A stretch of DNA of 62,998 nucleotides, counting the filler, from Octopus bimaculoides (lineage: Eukaryota), in assembly GCF_001194135.2 (NCBI RefSeq). It is 7 parts of 6 records of this genome, joined end to end, with 100 filler letters (N's around TTAATTAATTAA, not from the genome) between each part and the next. Parts side by side here need not be neighbours in the genome. Positions count along the whole stretch, not along the records: positions 12,899 to 34,341 come from NC_068986.1; 6 more parts are not named here. One strand, 5' to 3'. Positions 12,899-25,135 of the stretch are shown in pieces (the stretch's first letter is position 1; every line of letters starts with the position of its first letter). The notes below the pieces were generated by a model, which saw only the letters and a program-made list of their open reading frames with translations, ran no database searches and had not been told where the DNA came from. The translations under genes and the position numbers were made by a program.

Positions 12899-13160
12899 CT
12901 TTTCGTGTCATTCTGCGCAGTGGATGCGTTTACACCACAACATAAGAGATTATTTAGATCAGCGTTGTTCTTTTTCTTCGGGGAATTAAAATTTTTTTTT
13001 TTTTTGTTAACAAGTTTCGTTCGAAATTTTTTCGCAAAGGAAAACGCACGGCGATGGAATTTTTGGTGACACAATTTTTCCGCAAGTCCTTCTGGCACTG
13101 GACCTTGTTCTATATAGAGACAAAACCTACTTGAAGTTACTTTATAAAAACTATTTTCAG

Positions 13161-13661
13161 CCTTGCTCCACAACGTGTATACGAGTATGCGTGTCTCTGC
13201 TGTAGCTACAAGTAATGATCTGGTTATTATTGTTACTACAGGCGATGTGGTTTGTGTTGCTGCTGATGTAGTTGTATCCGACTTCGTTTTCATTTCCGCT
13301 GTTGTTACTGCTGTCAAGTGAGTTCCCTAAACAACATATAATGCTATTTTTTTTTCTTTTCTTCTTTAAAAGCAGTTTTCCTTTTTCTGCCGCCCACATG
13401 AGTCCTGCTACGAAGCACATTTGTTCATACTTTTCATTTTATTCCTTGCTTTACAGAAATGTTATACTTCTTCATTTCTGTGGAAGTGTTGCCTCTTTTG
13501 TTTCAAAATCATTGTTTTGTTTGCAAAAAAATTTCGAACGAAAGAATGTTGAAAACAGTTTTCTTTTTCCCCGAACAGAAGAAACAAAGCTGAACCAAAA
13601 CAATCTTCTACCTTGTCTTGTACACACATCCACCGCCACCGCACAACAAGACACGAAAGAT
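13161..13661 (+). other. Two candidate non-coding (5'UTR-like) exons, 13161-13317 and 13457-13661
   Basis: Acceptors CTATTTTCAG and CCTTGCTTTACAG; donors CAA|GTGAGT and GAT|GTAAGT; 139-bp pyrimidine-rich intron between them; no recognisable protein. Confidence 0.3.
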
Positions 13662-13828
13662 GTAAGTTTTTAGGAAAACCTGGTAAATCCATGGAAACGA
13701 AGAGAATACAAGAAAACATTTCACTTTCCGGGGAAAAAAGTGGGGTTAATATTACCTTTACAAAACAACAACAACAATAATCTTAATAATAAAATAACAA
13801 CAACAACAACAACAACACCAACAGCAAC

Positions 13829-13910
<82 letters not shown>

Positions 13911-13911
13911 T

Positions 13912-14135
13912 TAAGGGCGGTGAGCTGGCAGAATCGTTAGCACGCCGGACGAATTGCTTAGCTGTATTTCGTCTACCGTTACGTTCTGAGTTCAAATTCG
14001 GCCGAGGTCGACTTTGCCTTTCATCCTTTCGGGATCGATTAAATAAGTACCAGTTATGCACTGGGGTCGATGTAATTGACTTAATCTCCTTGTTTGTCCT
14101 CTTTATGTTTAGCCTCCTGTGGGCTATAAATAAAT
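13912..14135 (+). mobile_element. SINE family B, embedded in (AAT)n
   Basis: TAAGGGCGGTGAGCTGGCAGAATCGTTAGC...GAGTTCAAATTC (B box), central block and tail; (AAT)n on both sides. A partial minus-strand copy follows at about 14215-14322. Confidence 0.9.
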
Positions 14136-14145
14136 AATAACAATG

Positions 14146-14213
<68 letters not shown>

Positions 14214-15370
14214 CCTGAAATTTGTGGCGAGGATACTAGTCGATTACATCGACTTCAGTCTTTGACTGGTACCCCGAAATGATGAAAGGCAAAATCGACC
14301 GCGGCAGAATTTGAACTCAGAACAGTCTTCAATCTTTGTAGAATTTTACGTAAAAGATACATCGAAAGAAAAGGAAAAATCTGGGATTACCTTGACCACC
14401 AAAAACAATCTCTCGCTCAACAGTCGTTTCTGGATGTATTGTTGCTTTTTTGTTAACAATATCATGAAAATTATTGATCTTGACATTTCTAAACATTTGC
14501 ATATAATAATCTTTGTGAGCAATTCATGTGTTCTATTATAAAGTTACATCTGATCTTTTATCTATTTATTTTATTGACTTCAATTTAACCGCTATTATTC
14601 AGATTCTCATTAAGAGGGCAGTTTTCAACCGAGATACCATTATGAACTAATTTGATTGCTAGCAAGGATATAGTATTTCGCTTTGCAACCATAATATACT
14701 ATCAAGTGCATAAAAGTTTTATAAGTCAATATTCTATCCTGCTTTATGTGTTAGAAGTGCGATATTCCCATTGTTATGTTTATCTCTAAAGGTTTTCAGA
14801 GCTAGCAGTGCTAGGTGCGACGCTTCGTATATGAATACGTCTATGTAAACAATTCGATCAAAGATAGAAAATAATTAGTAATGTGGGTAGATACATATTT
14901 CAAAAGTTATTGTTCTTTCATCAGTGGCACATCGTGTTAATCAACTAACCACGAACGCATTGCTTAGATACCCATTCAATATAGCGTTGTACCACTACTG
15001 GATAGATCAATTTGCATATTAAATACAGCTTCCAGCACTGTAGCTGTTCTGGATTCTGTAGAAAACCTATAAAAATAAACTTAAAAATCATAAATTAAAA
15101 AAAAAACAAGACAACAATTTTTCTTTTTTTTGTTCTGAAAACCTCTATTGGAGGTTTGTCTCCATACTCGAGAAAAAAACCTCCAATAGATTTCATGGGG
15201 TACCTTGTTGAAAATTATCAGAAAAAGAATAATTTATTATACCGTTGTACTTGGTAAAATATCCAGAAACATCGCAGATTCAGAAATATCGATACAAGAA
15301 AGGGAAAATAGAAAAAAAAGGATATAGAATTAATTCAACATGTCCACGAATTTGTAATTGGCTGTTTGTG

Positions 15371-15457
15371 TCTGTATTTGTAGCATATTATAGAAATTAT
15401 ATTTTGATAGCAGACTGCTATCAAAACATAATTTCTATAATATGCTACAAGTACAGA
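15371..15457. repeat. 87-bp near-perfect palindrome
   Basis: 43-bp arms around a single A at 15414, with 2 mismatches. Confidence 0.95.
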
Positions 15458-15499
15458 GTGCGTTCTTGTTGTAGAGTGATTGGCAATGAGAGTCAAGAT

Positions 15500-15507
15500 G
15501 ATAATGG

Positions 15508-15558
<51 letters not shown>

Positions 15559-15760
15559 CGACGACGACGACGACGACGATGATGACGACGACGATGATGA
15601 TGATGATGATGATGATGACGATGACGACGACGATGATGATGATGGTGACGATGATGATGATAATGATGATGATGATGATGATGATGATGACGGTGATGAT
15701 GATGATGGTGACGATGATGATGATGATGGTGATGATGACGACGACGACGATGATGATGAC

Positions 15761-15792
<32 letters not shown>

Positions 15793-15859
15793 CGATGACG
15801 ACGACGATGATGATGATGGTGACGATGATGATGGTGACGACGATGATGATGATGGTGAC

Positions 15860-15891
<32 letters not shown>

Positions 15892-16020
15892 CGATGATGA
15901 TGATGATGGTGACGATGATGATGGTGACGATGATGATGATGATGGTGACGATGATGATGATGATGATGTGAATGAGGATGACGATGACGATGGTAGCAGC
16001 GACGACGACGACGACGAGGA
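15500..16020. repeat. Long (GAT/GAC/GGT)n trinucleotide array
   Basis: Read directly; recurring higher-order GGTGACGATGATGAT units. A complementary (CAT)n array follows at 16410-16609. Confidence 0.95.
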
Positions 16021-16451
16021 AATAAAGAGAGTAAAACACGATGATCGCAATGAAAGGAGACATAATACGAATGATAATAATGACTAAAGACTCATGCTAA
16101 TTCCGACGAACTGGAAAGCTAGAGAAACGTACGCAAAAGCCGACACCAGCGCCCTCTCTACTAAACTCGTCAAACCATAGAAGATATAACACATTGTACG
16201 GTAAGCATTGAGCTGGTTGGTGATCTATTCTTCTTGTTGTTTCGCCGCCCCCATTTCCCTACGCCGCCCCCGAAGTTTGTGAATTATTAAAAGCTAAATT
16301 ATGCTTAAAAGCGGTTTTTATAGGTTTTTGAAATCAAAGAGAATTGTTACGATTTTAATATTGTAAATTGCAAAGCGAATGCATGCTGTTTTAGTTGATT
16401 AATTTCGTAATCATCATCATCATCGTCGTCATCGTCATCATCATTATCATT

Positions 16452-16483
<32 letters not shown>

Positions 16484-16578
16484 TATCTTCATCATCATTA
16501 CCGTCATCATCCTCGTCATCATCATCATCGTCATAATCGTCATCATCATCGTCATCATCATCATCGTCATCATCATCG

Positions 16579-16609
<31 letters not shown>

Positions 16610-17438
16610 NNNNNNNNNNNNNNNNNNNNNNNNNNNNNNNNNNNNNNNNNNNNNNNNNNNNNNNNNNNNNNNNNNNNNNNNNNNNNNNNNNNNNNNNNNN
16701 NNNNNNNNNNNNNNNNNNNNNNNNNNNNNNNNNNNNNNNNNNNNNNNNNNNNNNNNNNNNNNNNNNNNNNNNNNNNNNNNNNNNNNNNNNNNNNNNNNNN
16801 NNNNNNNNNNNNNNNNNNNNNNNNNNNNNNNNNNNNNNNNNNNNNNNNNNNNNNNNNNNNNNNNNNNNNNNNNNNNNNNNNNNNNNNNNNNNNNNNNNNN
16901 NNNNNNNNNNNNNNNNNNNNNNNNNNNNNNNNNNNNNNNNNNNNNNNNNNNNNNNNNNNNNNNNNNNNNNNNNNNNNNNNNNNNNNNNNNNNNNNNNNNN
17001 NNNNNNNNNNNNNNNNNNNNNNNNNNNNNNNNNNNNNNNNNNNNNNNNNNNNNNNNNNNNNNNNNNNNNNNNNNNNNNNNNNNNNNNNNNNNNNNNNNNN
17101 NNNNNNNNNNNNNNNNNNNNNNNNNNNNNNNNNNNNNNNNNNNNNNNNNNNNNNNNNNNNNNNNNNNNNNNNNNNNNNNNNNNNNNNNNNNNNNNNNNNN
17201 NNNNNNNNNNNNNNNNNNNNNNNNNNNNNNNNNNNNNNNNNNNNNNNNNNNNNNNNNNNNNNNNNNNNNNNNNNNNNNNNNNNNNNNNNNNNNNNNNNNN
17301 NNNNNNNNNNNNNNNNNNNNNAGGAAGGGGAGGAGAAAAATGGAGATATTGGAAGATCTTCGAAAAATTATATGCAGTCTAACGATTGTGATGATCATTA
17401 CAATGATTAACCCGAGGCTGTTGATAACGATGCTGAAG

Positions 17439-17494
<56 letters not shown>

Positions 17495-17812
17495 GTTGCA
17501 ATAATAAAGACACTGAAGGCAATAAGATGATAAAGGGCCTGATAAAGGTAAGAGTGACAAATAGCGAACTGAGGAGGGAGGGAGAGAAAAGAAGGATGTG
17601 GAAATAGAGGGAGAGAAAGAGTAGGAGTGGCAGAGTGAATATAATGATGACAACATATAATTAATGAGATTACTAAAGCAACAAGCATACACTATTACAC
17701 ACAGACACACACTCACACACACACACACTCTCTCTATCTCTCTGTCTCTCTCTCGCTTTTTCTCACTATTTCTCTTTCTATACACACGCACAAACACATA
17801 TACAGATATGTA

Positions 17813-17870
<58 letters not shown>

Positions 17871-17873
<3 letters not shown>

Positions 17874-17997
17874 GACGGGCTGCTTTCAGTTTCCGTCTAC
17901 CAAATACACTCACAAAGCTTTGGCTGACCCACGGTTATAGTAGAAGACACTTGCCCAAGTTACCACGCTGTGTGACTGAACCCGGAACCATGAGGTT
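17871..17997 (-). mobile_element. SINE family A, head and body fragment
   Basis: Matches 1-153. Confidence 0.8.
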
Positions 17998-18717
17998 CTC
18001 ACCACACACCCACACCACATACATACATAATACACACACATAAGAAGTGTATGTGTGTATTTGTGTGTGTGCATGTGTGTGTGTGTGTGTGTGTGCGTGC
18101 GTACGTGTGTATGTTATTTTTCAGCTTCATTTCAAGGTTCGTTGTCAATAGAGAAAGAGCCGGTTTCTAACCTAGATCCAAGGATCCTTCAATGGAATTT
18201 CAACTTCAACAATAGGGTATTTTTGTTTGTATGTATGCATTTATGTATGTAATTTGGATGGAATATGCATGTGCGTATATATGTATGTATGTATTTATGT
18301 TTGTAATTTGGATAGAATGTGTATGTGTGTATGTATGTATGTATGTTTATGTATGTCAACTTGAAGTCTGTCTCGCATACACCGACCCATGAAATTGGAG
18401 TTTATCACTCTCTTTGAGGCATTTAAACAATTAGAAATATGTGAGAACAGCACTTCTTGAACAATGTGAATGTCTATCGCAGAGTGAAACGAATAACCGG
18501 TCTTATCTTCTAGTTACCGTGTGTTCACATTTACAATTGAGTGGACAGTAGGAGCTTAAAAGGATGAATATTGCTCAAGGTCACAAGGGTGCCACCCGAC
18601 CCTTGAATACGAACACATGGTCTAAAAATCAAGAGCTTAACATAGAAAGCATTTTAATCATGCATTTACAAAGACAAACACACAGACTCGCAAACGCGCA
18701 CACATATATACACACCT

Positions 18718-18759
<42 letters not shown>

Positions 18760-19290
18760 GCATACATACATACTCACACGTAGTCACACATATCATACAT
18801 ACATACATATCGCACAAAGGCAGACCAACCCCAAACCGTATAAGAGACGAGAGGAAAGAAGAGTAGGGGAGACCGGACAGAAAGATGGTCAGACAGGCAG
18901 ACGAACTGTACAACGGGAAAATCGATAGAAAGAGAGAGCGAAATAGTGTTTACCAATGGAAAGAACTAAGAACCATGAAGTGTCCATTTCGTTAATTAAT
19001 AGCTAAGCATCATGTTAACCCCGCTAACGTAACAAATGATGTCTTTCTGTTGTCTATCTTGCTGTGTAACCGGAAATCCCAACTGATAGTCTAGTGATTG
19101 ACTCATAATGAATCTAGTCAGGAAAAGTTGTTAATTAAGAACGAACAGAGTCCAAGTGGGATTCGATAAAACAGATGTTGTTGTTGTTGCCGTTGTTACT
19201 CTGGTTGTTTTGGTTGTTGTGATGTTGTTGCTATCGTGGTTTAACTCCAAGCTTCGACCATATAGTACTTCCAATTATGATAAGGCGTTG

Positions 19291-19352
<62 letters not shown>

Positions 19353-19699
19353 ATGCATATATATGAGTATACATACATATATATATTTATGTATATTTAA
19401 ATATATATATATAAACGCCCGCCCGAGCACACACACACACACACATTTATATATATAACGAAATGTTAGCGCCAAGCATTGTTCAGGCATACGTAAAACT
19501 TAAGTTACTTAAAATATATTTGTGACATATGTCCACTGCTAAAAGGTTGCAGTTACTGTGGAGAAAATATCTCACTTATGGTCCAAAAGGGGTGAAAACA
19601 CAAGGTTCGTTCAGTGTCACGATCAGGAATCCCGGATATCGATATTTCCAGTTTATTAAATCTTCTGAATAGTATATATACCTTTGTCCAGCCAGTCTC

Positions 19700-19890
19700 C
19701 ATCATTGACCGCTAACTCCAAAAGGCTTTATTCATTCTCTCTTTGTTTATTTTCTCGTGTTCGTTTCTGCTGAAGAGCGTAGGCTCGAAACGTAAAAGAC
19801 TTTCTCACCTTCCGAAACGTCAAACTAATACACCTCCAGGTTGCCTATACACCTATCTTCGTCATTTGTTTTTTTTGTAAATTTCAACTA
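19700..19890 (+). mobile_element. Probable PLE-type terminal repeat fragment with an atypical HHR-like motif
   Basis: CTGAAGA-GCGTAGGCTC-GAAAC-GTA at 19770-19794; the PLE assignment is an inference. Confidence 0.4.
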
Positions 19891-21420
19891 TGTGTATATA
19901 CATATATATATACATATACATATCCATATNNNNNNNNNNNNNNNNNNNNNNNNNNNNNNNNNNNNNNNNNNNNNNNNNNNNNNNNNNNNNNNNNNNNNNN
20001 NNNNNNNNNNNNNNNNNNNNNNNNNNNNNNNNNNNNNNNNNNNNNNNNNNNNNNNNNNNNNNNNNNNNNNNNNNNNNNNNNNNNNNNNNNNNNNNNNNNN
20101 NNNNNNNNNNNNNNNNNNNNNNNNNNNNNNNNNNNNNNNNNNNNNNATTACATGCTTTATTGAATACACGACTATGCTCAATTTTGTGGCCAAGAGAGTT
20201 CTTAAATCAATATTCGCGGTTTCTTGACCTTCACAGTCATGTTTTTTTACGAATTAAATATATTTGTGTTGTCTCTTATATAATCATTGAAATAATATAG
20301 TGTTTCTCACGCCAAAGTTGCTTTTCACTCTTAGCATCATGCACCATCAATCACATGAGGACTTTTTTTTTTTTTGTCGTGAGCACATTTTAACCGTTTG
20401 GTGTTTTATCTTCCAATTTTATTCGCAACGCGTAAACTTTTTTGATATGTGTTAGCATTGCATTTTCGATATGTGTGCTTGCATTGTTCAACGCGGAGCT
20501 ATAGTAGAAGACACTTGTCCAATGTGCCGCGAAGTGGGGTTAAACGCGAATCAACGTGCTTGGTGAATGAGATTCTTAACCACACAGCCATTCCTGCAAT
20601 AGAACGTTTCTTTCATCTATTTTTATGCCTATTTTTTACTTCTCTTTTTTCACGTGGGGGTGATGGCGTGGGAGAGAGGGGTTCCTCATTGATTTGTTTC
20701 CATTGCATATCAAATCGAACCAAACCAAAGAAATGTTTAAAATGTTCAATAAAAATTATTTTAATTTTTTGAAAATGGGGCGAAAATCCATTAAATAAAT
20801 TTTCAATTGCTTTTGTAAAAAGGGTTACCACGACATGACATGTAAAAATATTATCCAATTTCTGAAGAAATTATGTTCCAGCAACTTCCAAGTCAAAACC
20901 AACAAACAAACAAAAAAAGAAAGGAAGAAAAAAAGGAATGAAAAACTCCAGAATATTCAATAAATTTACTTTTCGTTTTTGGATAGTTGTTTTGTTTTGT
21001 ATTTGTTTCTTTTTTTATTTATTTATTTTCTCCAAATGGGATGAGAATTAATTAAGTAAAACTCACTAACCTTGTAAACAGGTTTGTTGTGCGCATAAAA
21101 ATATCATCCAATTTTTGAAAAATGCAGTAATATCCAAGCGATGCAGAGGGAGGGACGGAAGGAGAGGGAAGAAAGAGAGAGACAGAGAGTGAGAGAGGGG
21201 CGGGGAGGAAGAAAAGAAAGTGTAAATAAATATGGTGGCACTGAATACTAACAGTGGCAGCAATCTAAATAATATTACTAATGATTCTGTGTTTATCGGT
21301 CACAAGGACACAATATCAACTCTCATGTACATACATACATTATATGTATACATATATATGTGTGTGTGTGCGTGTGTGTGTGTGTGTGTCTACGTGTGTG
21401 TGACTTTCTATCTATCTATA

Positions 21421-21658
21421 TAGGCGCAGTAGTGGTTGTATGGTAAGTAGCTTGCCTGCCAACCACATGGTTATAGGTTCAGTCCCATTGCGTTGCACCT
21501 TAGGCAAGTGTCTTCTACTATATGTATGTATGTATATGTTTGTATGTATGTATGTATATGTATGTATGTATATGTATGTATGTATATGTTTGTGTGTCTG
21601 TCTTTGTCCTCCCCGAACATCGCTTGACAACCAACGCTGGTGTGTTTAGTTCCCGTCA
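21421..21658 (+). mobile_element. SINE family A with internal (ATGT)n, runs into gap
   Basis: tRNA-like head ...GGTTCAGTCCCATTGCG...CACCTTAGGCAAGTGTCTTCTACTATA, then tail CATCGCTTGACAACC. Confidence 0.8.
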
Positions 21659-22334
21659 NNNNNNNNNNNNNNNNNNNNNNNNNNNNNNNNNNNNNNNNNN
21701 NNNNNNNNNNNNNNNNNNNNNNNNNNNNNNNNNNNNNNNNNNNNNNNNNNNNNNNNNNNNNNNNNNNNNNNNNNNNNNNNNNNNNNNNNNNNNNNNNNNN
21801 NNNNNNNNNNNNNNNNNNNNNNNNNNNNNNNNNNNNNNNNNNNNNNNNNNNNNNNNNNNNNNNNNNNNNNNNNNNNNNNNNNNNNNNNNNNNNNNNNNNN
21901 NNNNNNNNNNNNNNNNNNNNNNNNNNNNNNNNNNNNNNNNNNNNNNNNNNNNNNNNNNNNNNNNNNNNNNNNNNNNNNNNNNNNNNNNNNNNNNNNNNNN
22001 NNNNNNNNNNNNNNNNNNNNNNNNNNNNNNNNNNNNNNNNNNNNNNNNNNNNNNNNNNNNNNNNNNNNNNNNNNNNNNNNNNNNNNNNNNNNNNNNNNNN
22101 NNNNNNNNNNNNTGTATATGTATATATATGCATATATATACATACATACTTATATTTCGTGCATATAAGTATATCTATGTGTCCCTGTCTGTCTACATAA
22201 CATTCATTTATATATGCATAACAAGGCACTAAACAGCTTCATATATAAGACATTCCACGACACCAAATTCTTAACATCTACTCCATTTACATTATTTACA
22301 TTTGACTGATATTTTCCTCATCTGGCTTGTTGTT

Positions 22335-22380
22335 AACAAAATGTTTCGGCTGATATACCCTCCAGCGTTCATCAGGTGTC
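22335..22380 (-). ncRNA. Minimal type I hammerhead ribozyme motif, degenerate
   Basis: GACAC-CUGAUGA-A-CGCUG/CAGCC-GAAAC-AUU-UUGUU; core intact, stems II, III and I each carry a mismatch. Confidence 0.6.
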
Positions 22381-22430
22381 TTTAAGAAATTTCGAACCTG
22401 GGTCCTCCTTCTTAAGGTTCGAATTTCCCC

Positions 22431-22476
22431 AAGACCTGATGAAGGCTGGAGGTTATATCAGCCGAAACGTTGTGTT
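22431..22476 (+). ncRNA. Minimal type I hammerhead ribozyme motif, best-preserved copy
   Basis: AAGAC-CUGAUGA-A-GGCUG(10-nt loop)CAGCC-GAAAC-GUU-GUGUU; intact core, 5-bp stem II, palindromic ACGU stem III, GUU triplet, stem I 4/5 pairs. Confidence 0.75.
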
Positions 22477-22780
22477 AACAACAAACAAGACGAGGACAAA
22501 TATCCGTCAAATGTAAATAATGTAAATAATGTACGTAATTCGTCATCTCTTAAATATAGAACTGTATTATTTACTCCATTTACTTTTCCAACTTTTCTAA
22601 CTGCTTTTGAACATCTCCGGCCCCGGCAAAGCATCCACTGCAGATCGAACCCTTTCCTTTAAATCAGTGATTCTCATCTGCCGGTTTTGCCTATGGACCC
22701 CTTCTATTTCTATTTTACTCTGCTAGACCCCTTTCCCAGCCACCCATGTTAAAAATAATAAAACACTATTACATATCGTA

Positions 22781-23050
22781 GCACTCCGTCGGTTACGACG
22801 ATGACGGTTCCAGTTGATCCGCGCAACGGAACAGCCTACTCGTGAAATTATCTTGCAAGTGGCTGNNNNNNNNNNCATCGATTGACAACCGATGCTGGTG
22901 TGTTTACGCCCCCGTTCGGCAAAAGACACCGATAGGAAGCAAATACTAAGCTTGCAAAGAGTAAGTCCTGGGGGTTCGATTTGCTCGACTAAAGGCAGCG
23001 CTCCAGCATGGCCGCAGTCAAATGACTGAAACAAACAAATAAAAAATAAA
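22781..23050. mobile_element. SINE fragments either side of a 10-N gap (family C 3' end on minus; family A tail on plus)
   Basis: 22781-22865 matches 32704-32790; 22876-23050 matches 34780-34960. Confidence 0.75.
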
Positions 23051-24470
23051 AGAAAAGCATTGTTTGCCTTCAACATCTATCTCTTACTATTTCTCATGGC
23101 ATCGCTTCTTTCTGCATTCTCTCCTCTTCCTCGAATACCACAAAACAATGGAGGAGAAAGAGAAAAAAAAAAAGCGAAACAAGAATATGAATTATATTTA
23201 TTGCAAAACTAGCGGTAAGATACTTAGCGAGAATCTTAGATATTTTCTTGGTATAAATCGATCATATTCGATCATTAAAATATATAGAAATCACATTGAT
23301 TAACGATTGTTAATGGGTTCTTTATATTGTTTATTGCTAACCATTTTTTCTATCGATTTATCAACTCCTAGTCTATATAATTTCAATCCGAATTGTATTG
23401 AAATCTTTTATATTCATGAGGTTTGTCTACTAATTAACAGAATTGATGTATTTTAATAATGATATAATTGCATGTAAGATATTACATATTTATTTGCGCT
23501 ACAATGAAATATTTAAACATCGATCGGGTATAAGAGCCGGAGGAGTGGTTCATCGGATTGAAATATCTTATTTTGCATACGTTTCCTTTGTTATGCGATG
23601 TGTGTGGGGGGGTTTGTGTGTGTGTGTGTGTGTGTGTGTGTNNNNNNNNNNNNNNNNNNNNNNNNNNNNNNNNNNNNNNNNNNNNNNNNNNNNNNNNNNN
23701 NNNNNNNNNNNNNNNNNNNNNNNNNNNNNNNNNNNNNNNNNNNNNNNNNNNNNNNNNNNNNNNNNNNNNNNNNNNNNNNNNNNNNNNNNNNNNNNNNNNN
23801 NNNNNNNNNNNNNNNNNNNNNNNNNNNNNNNNNNNNNNNNNNNNNNNNNNNNNNNNNNNNNNNNNNNNNNNNNNNNNNNNNNNNNNNNNNNNNNNNNNNN
23901 NNNNNNNNNNNNNNNNNNNNNNNNNNNNNNNNNNNNNNNNNNNNNNNNNNNNNNNNNNNNNNNNNNNNNNNNNNNNNNNNNNNNNNNNNNNNNNNNNNNN
24001 NNNNNNNNNNNNNNNNNNNNNNNNNNNNNNNNNNNNNNNNNNNNNNNNNNNNNNNNNNNNNNNNNNNNNNNNNNNNNNNNNNNNNNNNNNNNNNNNNNNN
24101 NNNNNNNNNNNNNNNNNNNNNNNNNNNNNNNNNNNNNNNNNNNNNNNNNNNNNNNNNNNNNNNNNNNNNNNNNNNNNNNNNNNNNNNNNNNNNNNNNNNN
24201 NNNNNNNNNNNNNNNNNNNNNNNNNNNNNNNNNNNNNNNNNNNNNNNNNNNNNNNNNNNNNNNNNNNNNNNNNNNNNNNNNNNNNNNNNNNNNNNNNNNN
24301 NNNNNNNNNNNNNNNNNNNNNNNNNNNNNNNNNNNNNNNNNNNNNNNNNNNNNNNNNNNNNNNNNNNNNNNNNNNNNNNNNNNNNNNNNNNNNNNNNNNN
24401 NNNNNNNNNNNNNNNNNNNNNNNNNNNNNNNNNNNNNNNNNNNNNNNNNNNNNNNNNNNNNNNNNNNNNN

Positions 24471-24517
<47 letters not shown>

Positions 24518-24529
24518 GCATCATCATCA

Positions 24530-24595
<66 letters not shown>

Positions 24596-24601
<6 letters not shown>

Positions 24602-24720
24602 TCACTGCCTGGAATCGAACTCGAAATCATGGGGTTAAGAGCGCGGGCACATGGCGTAGTGGGTAAGAGCGCGGGCTACTAACCCCAAGAGTCCAGTTCG
24701 ATTCCAGGTAGTGACCTGAA
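24596..24720. mobile_element. Inverted pair of tRNA-like heads of the hammerhead-tail element
   Basis: Full plus head 24645-24720 with A box TGGCGTAGTGG (24652) and B box GTTCGATTCC (24696); partial minus head 24596-24637 leading into (AAT)n. Confidence 0.8.
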
Positions 24721-25013
24721 TATCCTGTATCGATAGAAAAATACCAGTTGAACACGGGAATCGATGTTAATTGACTTACTCCCTTCCCCGAACTTGCTGG
24801 CCTTGTGCCAAAATTTGAAACTAATATGTATGCATCAGTTGCCAAGAATGTGTTTATTATGTAACATATGTTTATCCGATTCTGTTACACCACTAAATTT
24901 AAGAAATACGTTCGTAGATGGTTAATAAGTTGTTGCTCAAGACGGAGCAAGAATTCCTGAGATACGCATATACACCCGTTACCTATTTTCCCCAAAAATA
25001 TATTTATTTATAT

Positions 25014-25135
25014 AAGGGCATTACTATATAAGAATGACTCACGCTATGATGGACTCTACCATAAATGTGTTTAATATGGTAGTCTGACCTTAGAGTCCCT
25101 CATAGCGTGAGGCATTTTTGTATAGTAATGCCCTT
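25014..25135. mobile_element. MITE-like inverted-repeat element
   Basis: AAGGGCATTACTATA...CTCACGCTATGATGGACTCT pairs with AGAGTCCCTCATAGCGTGAG...TATAGTAATGCCCTT; arms extend into AT-rich flanks. Confidence 0.75.

Larger units (their letters stand above)
22279..22583. mobile_element. Fold-back insertion of two hammerhead-tail copies with 12-bp flanking direct repeat
   Basis: 22285-22399 is inverted relative to 22415-22527; TACTCCATTTAC occurs at 22279-22290 and 22572-22583. Confidence 0.85.

Noticed and set aside
15245-16087. 280-aa poly-Asp ORF, and similar poly-D/K/I/H/T ORFs at 3279, 16395, 36847 and 48929
   Set aside because: Translations of trinucleotide microsatellites; all frames are open for compositional reasons and there is no domain.
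16103-16135. CCGACGA...GAAACGTA hammerhead-like string
   Set aside because: U4 is mutated, the 10.1-11.1 pair is A-A and there is no stem I; consistent with chance.
24645-24720. Possible tRNA gene
   Set aside because: A and B boxes are present, but acceptor and anticodon stems pair poorly and the sequence recurs as a repeat head at 6697-6749.
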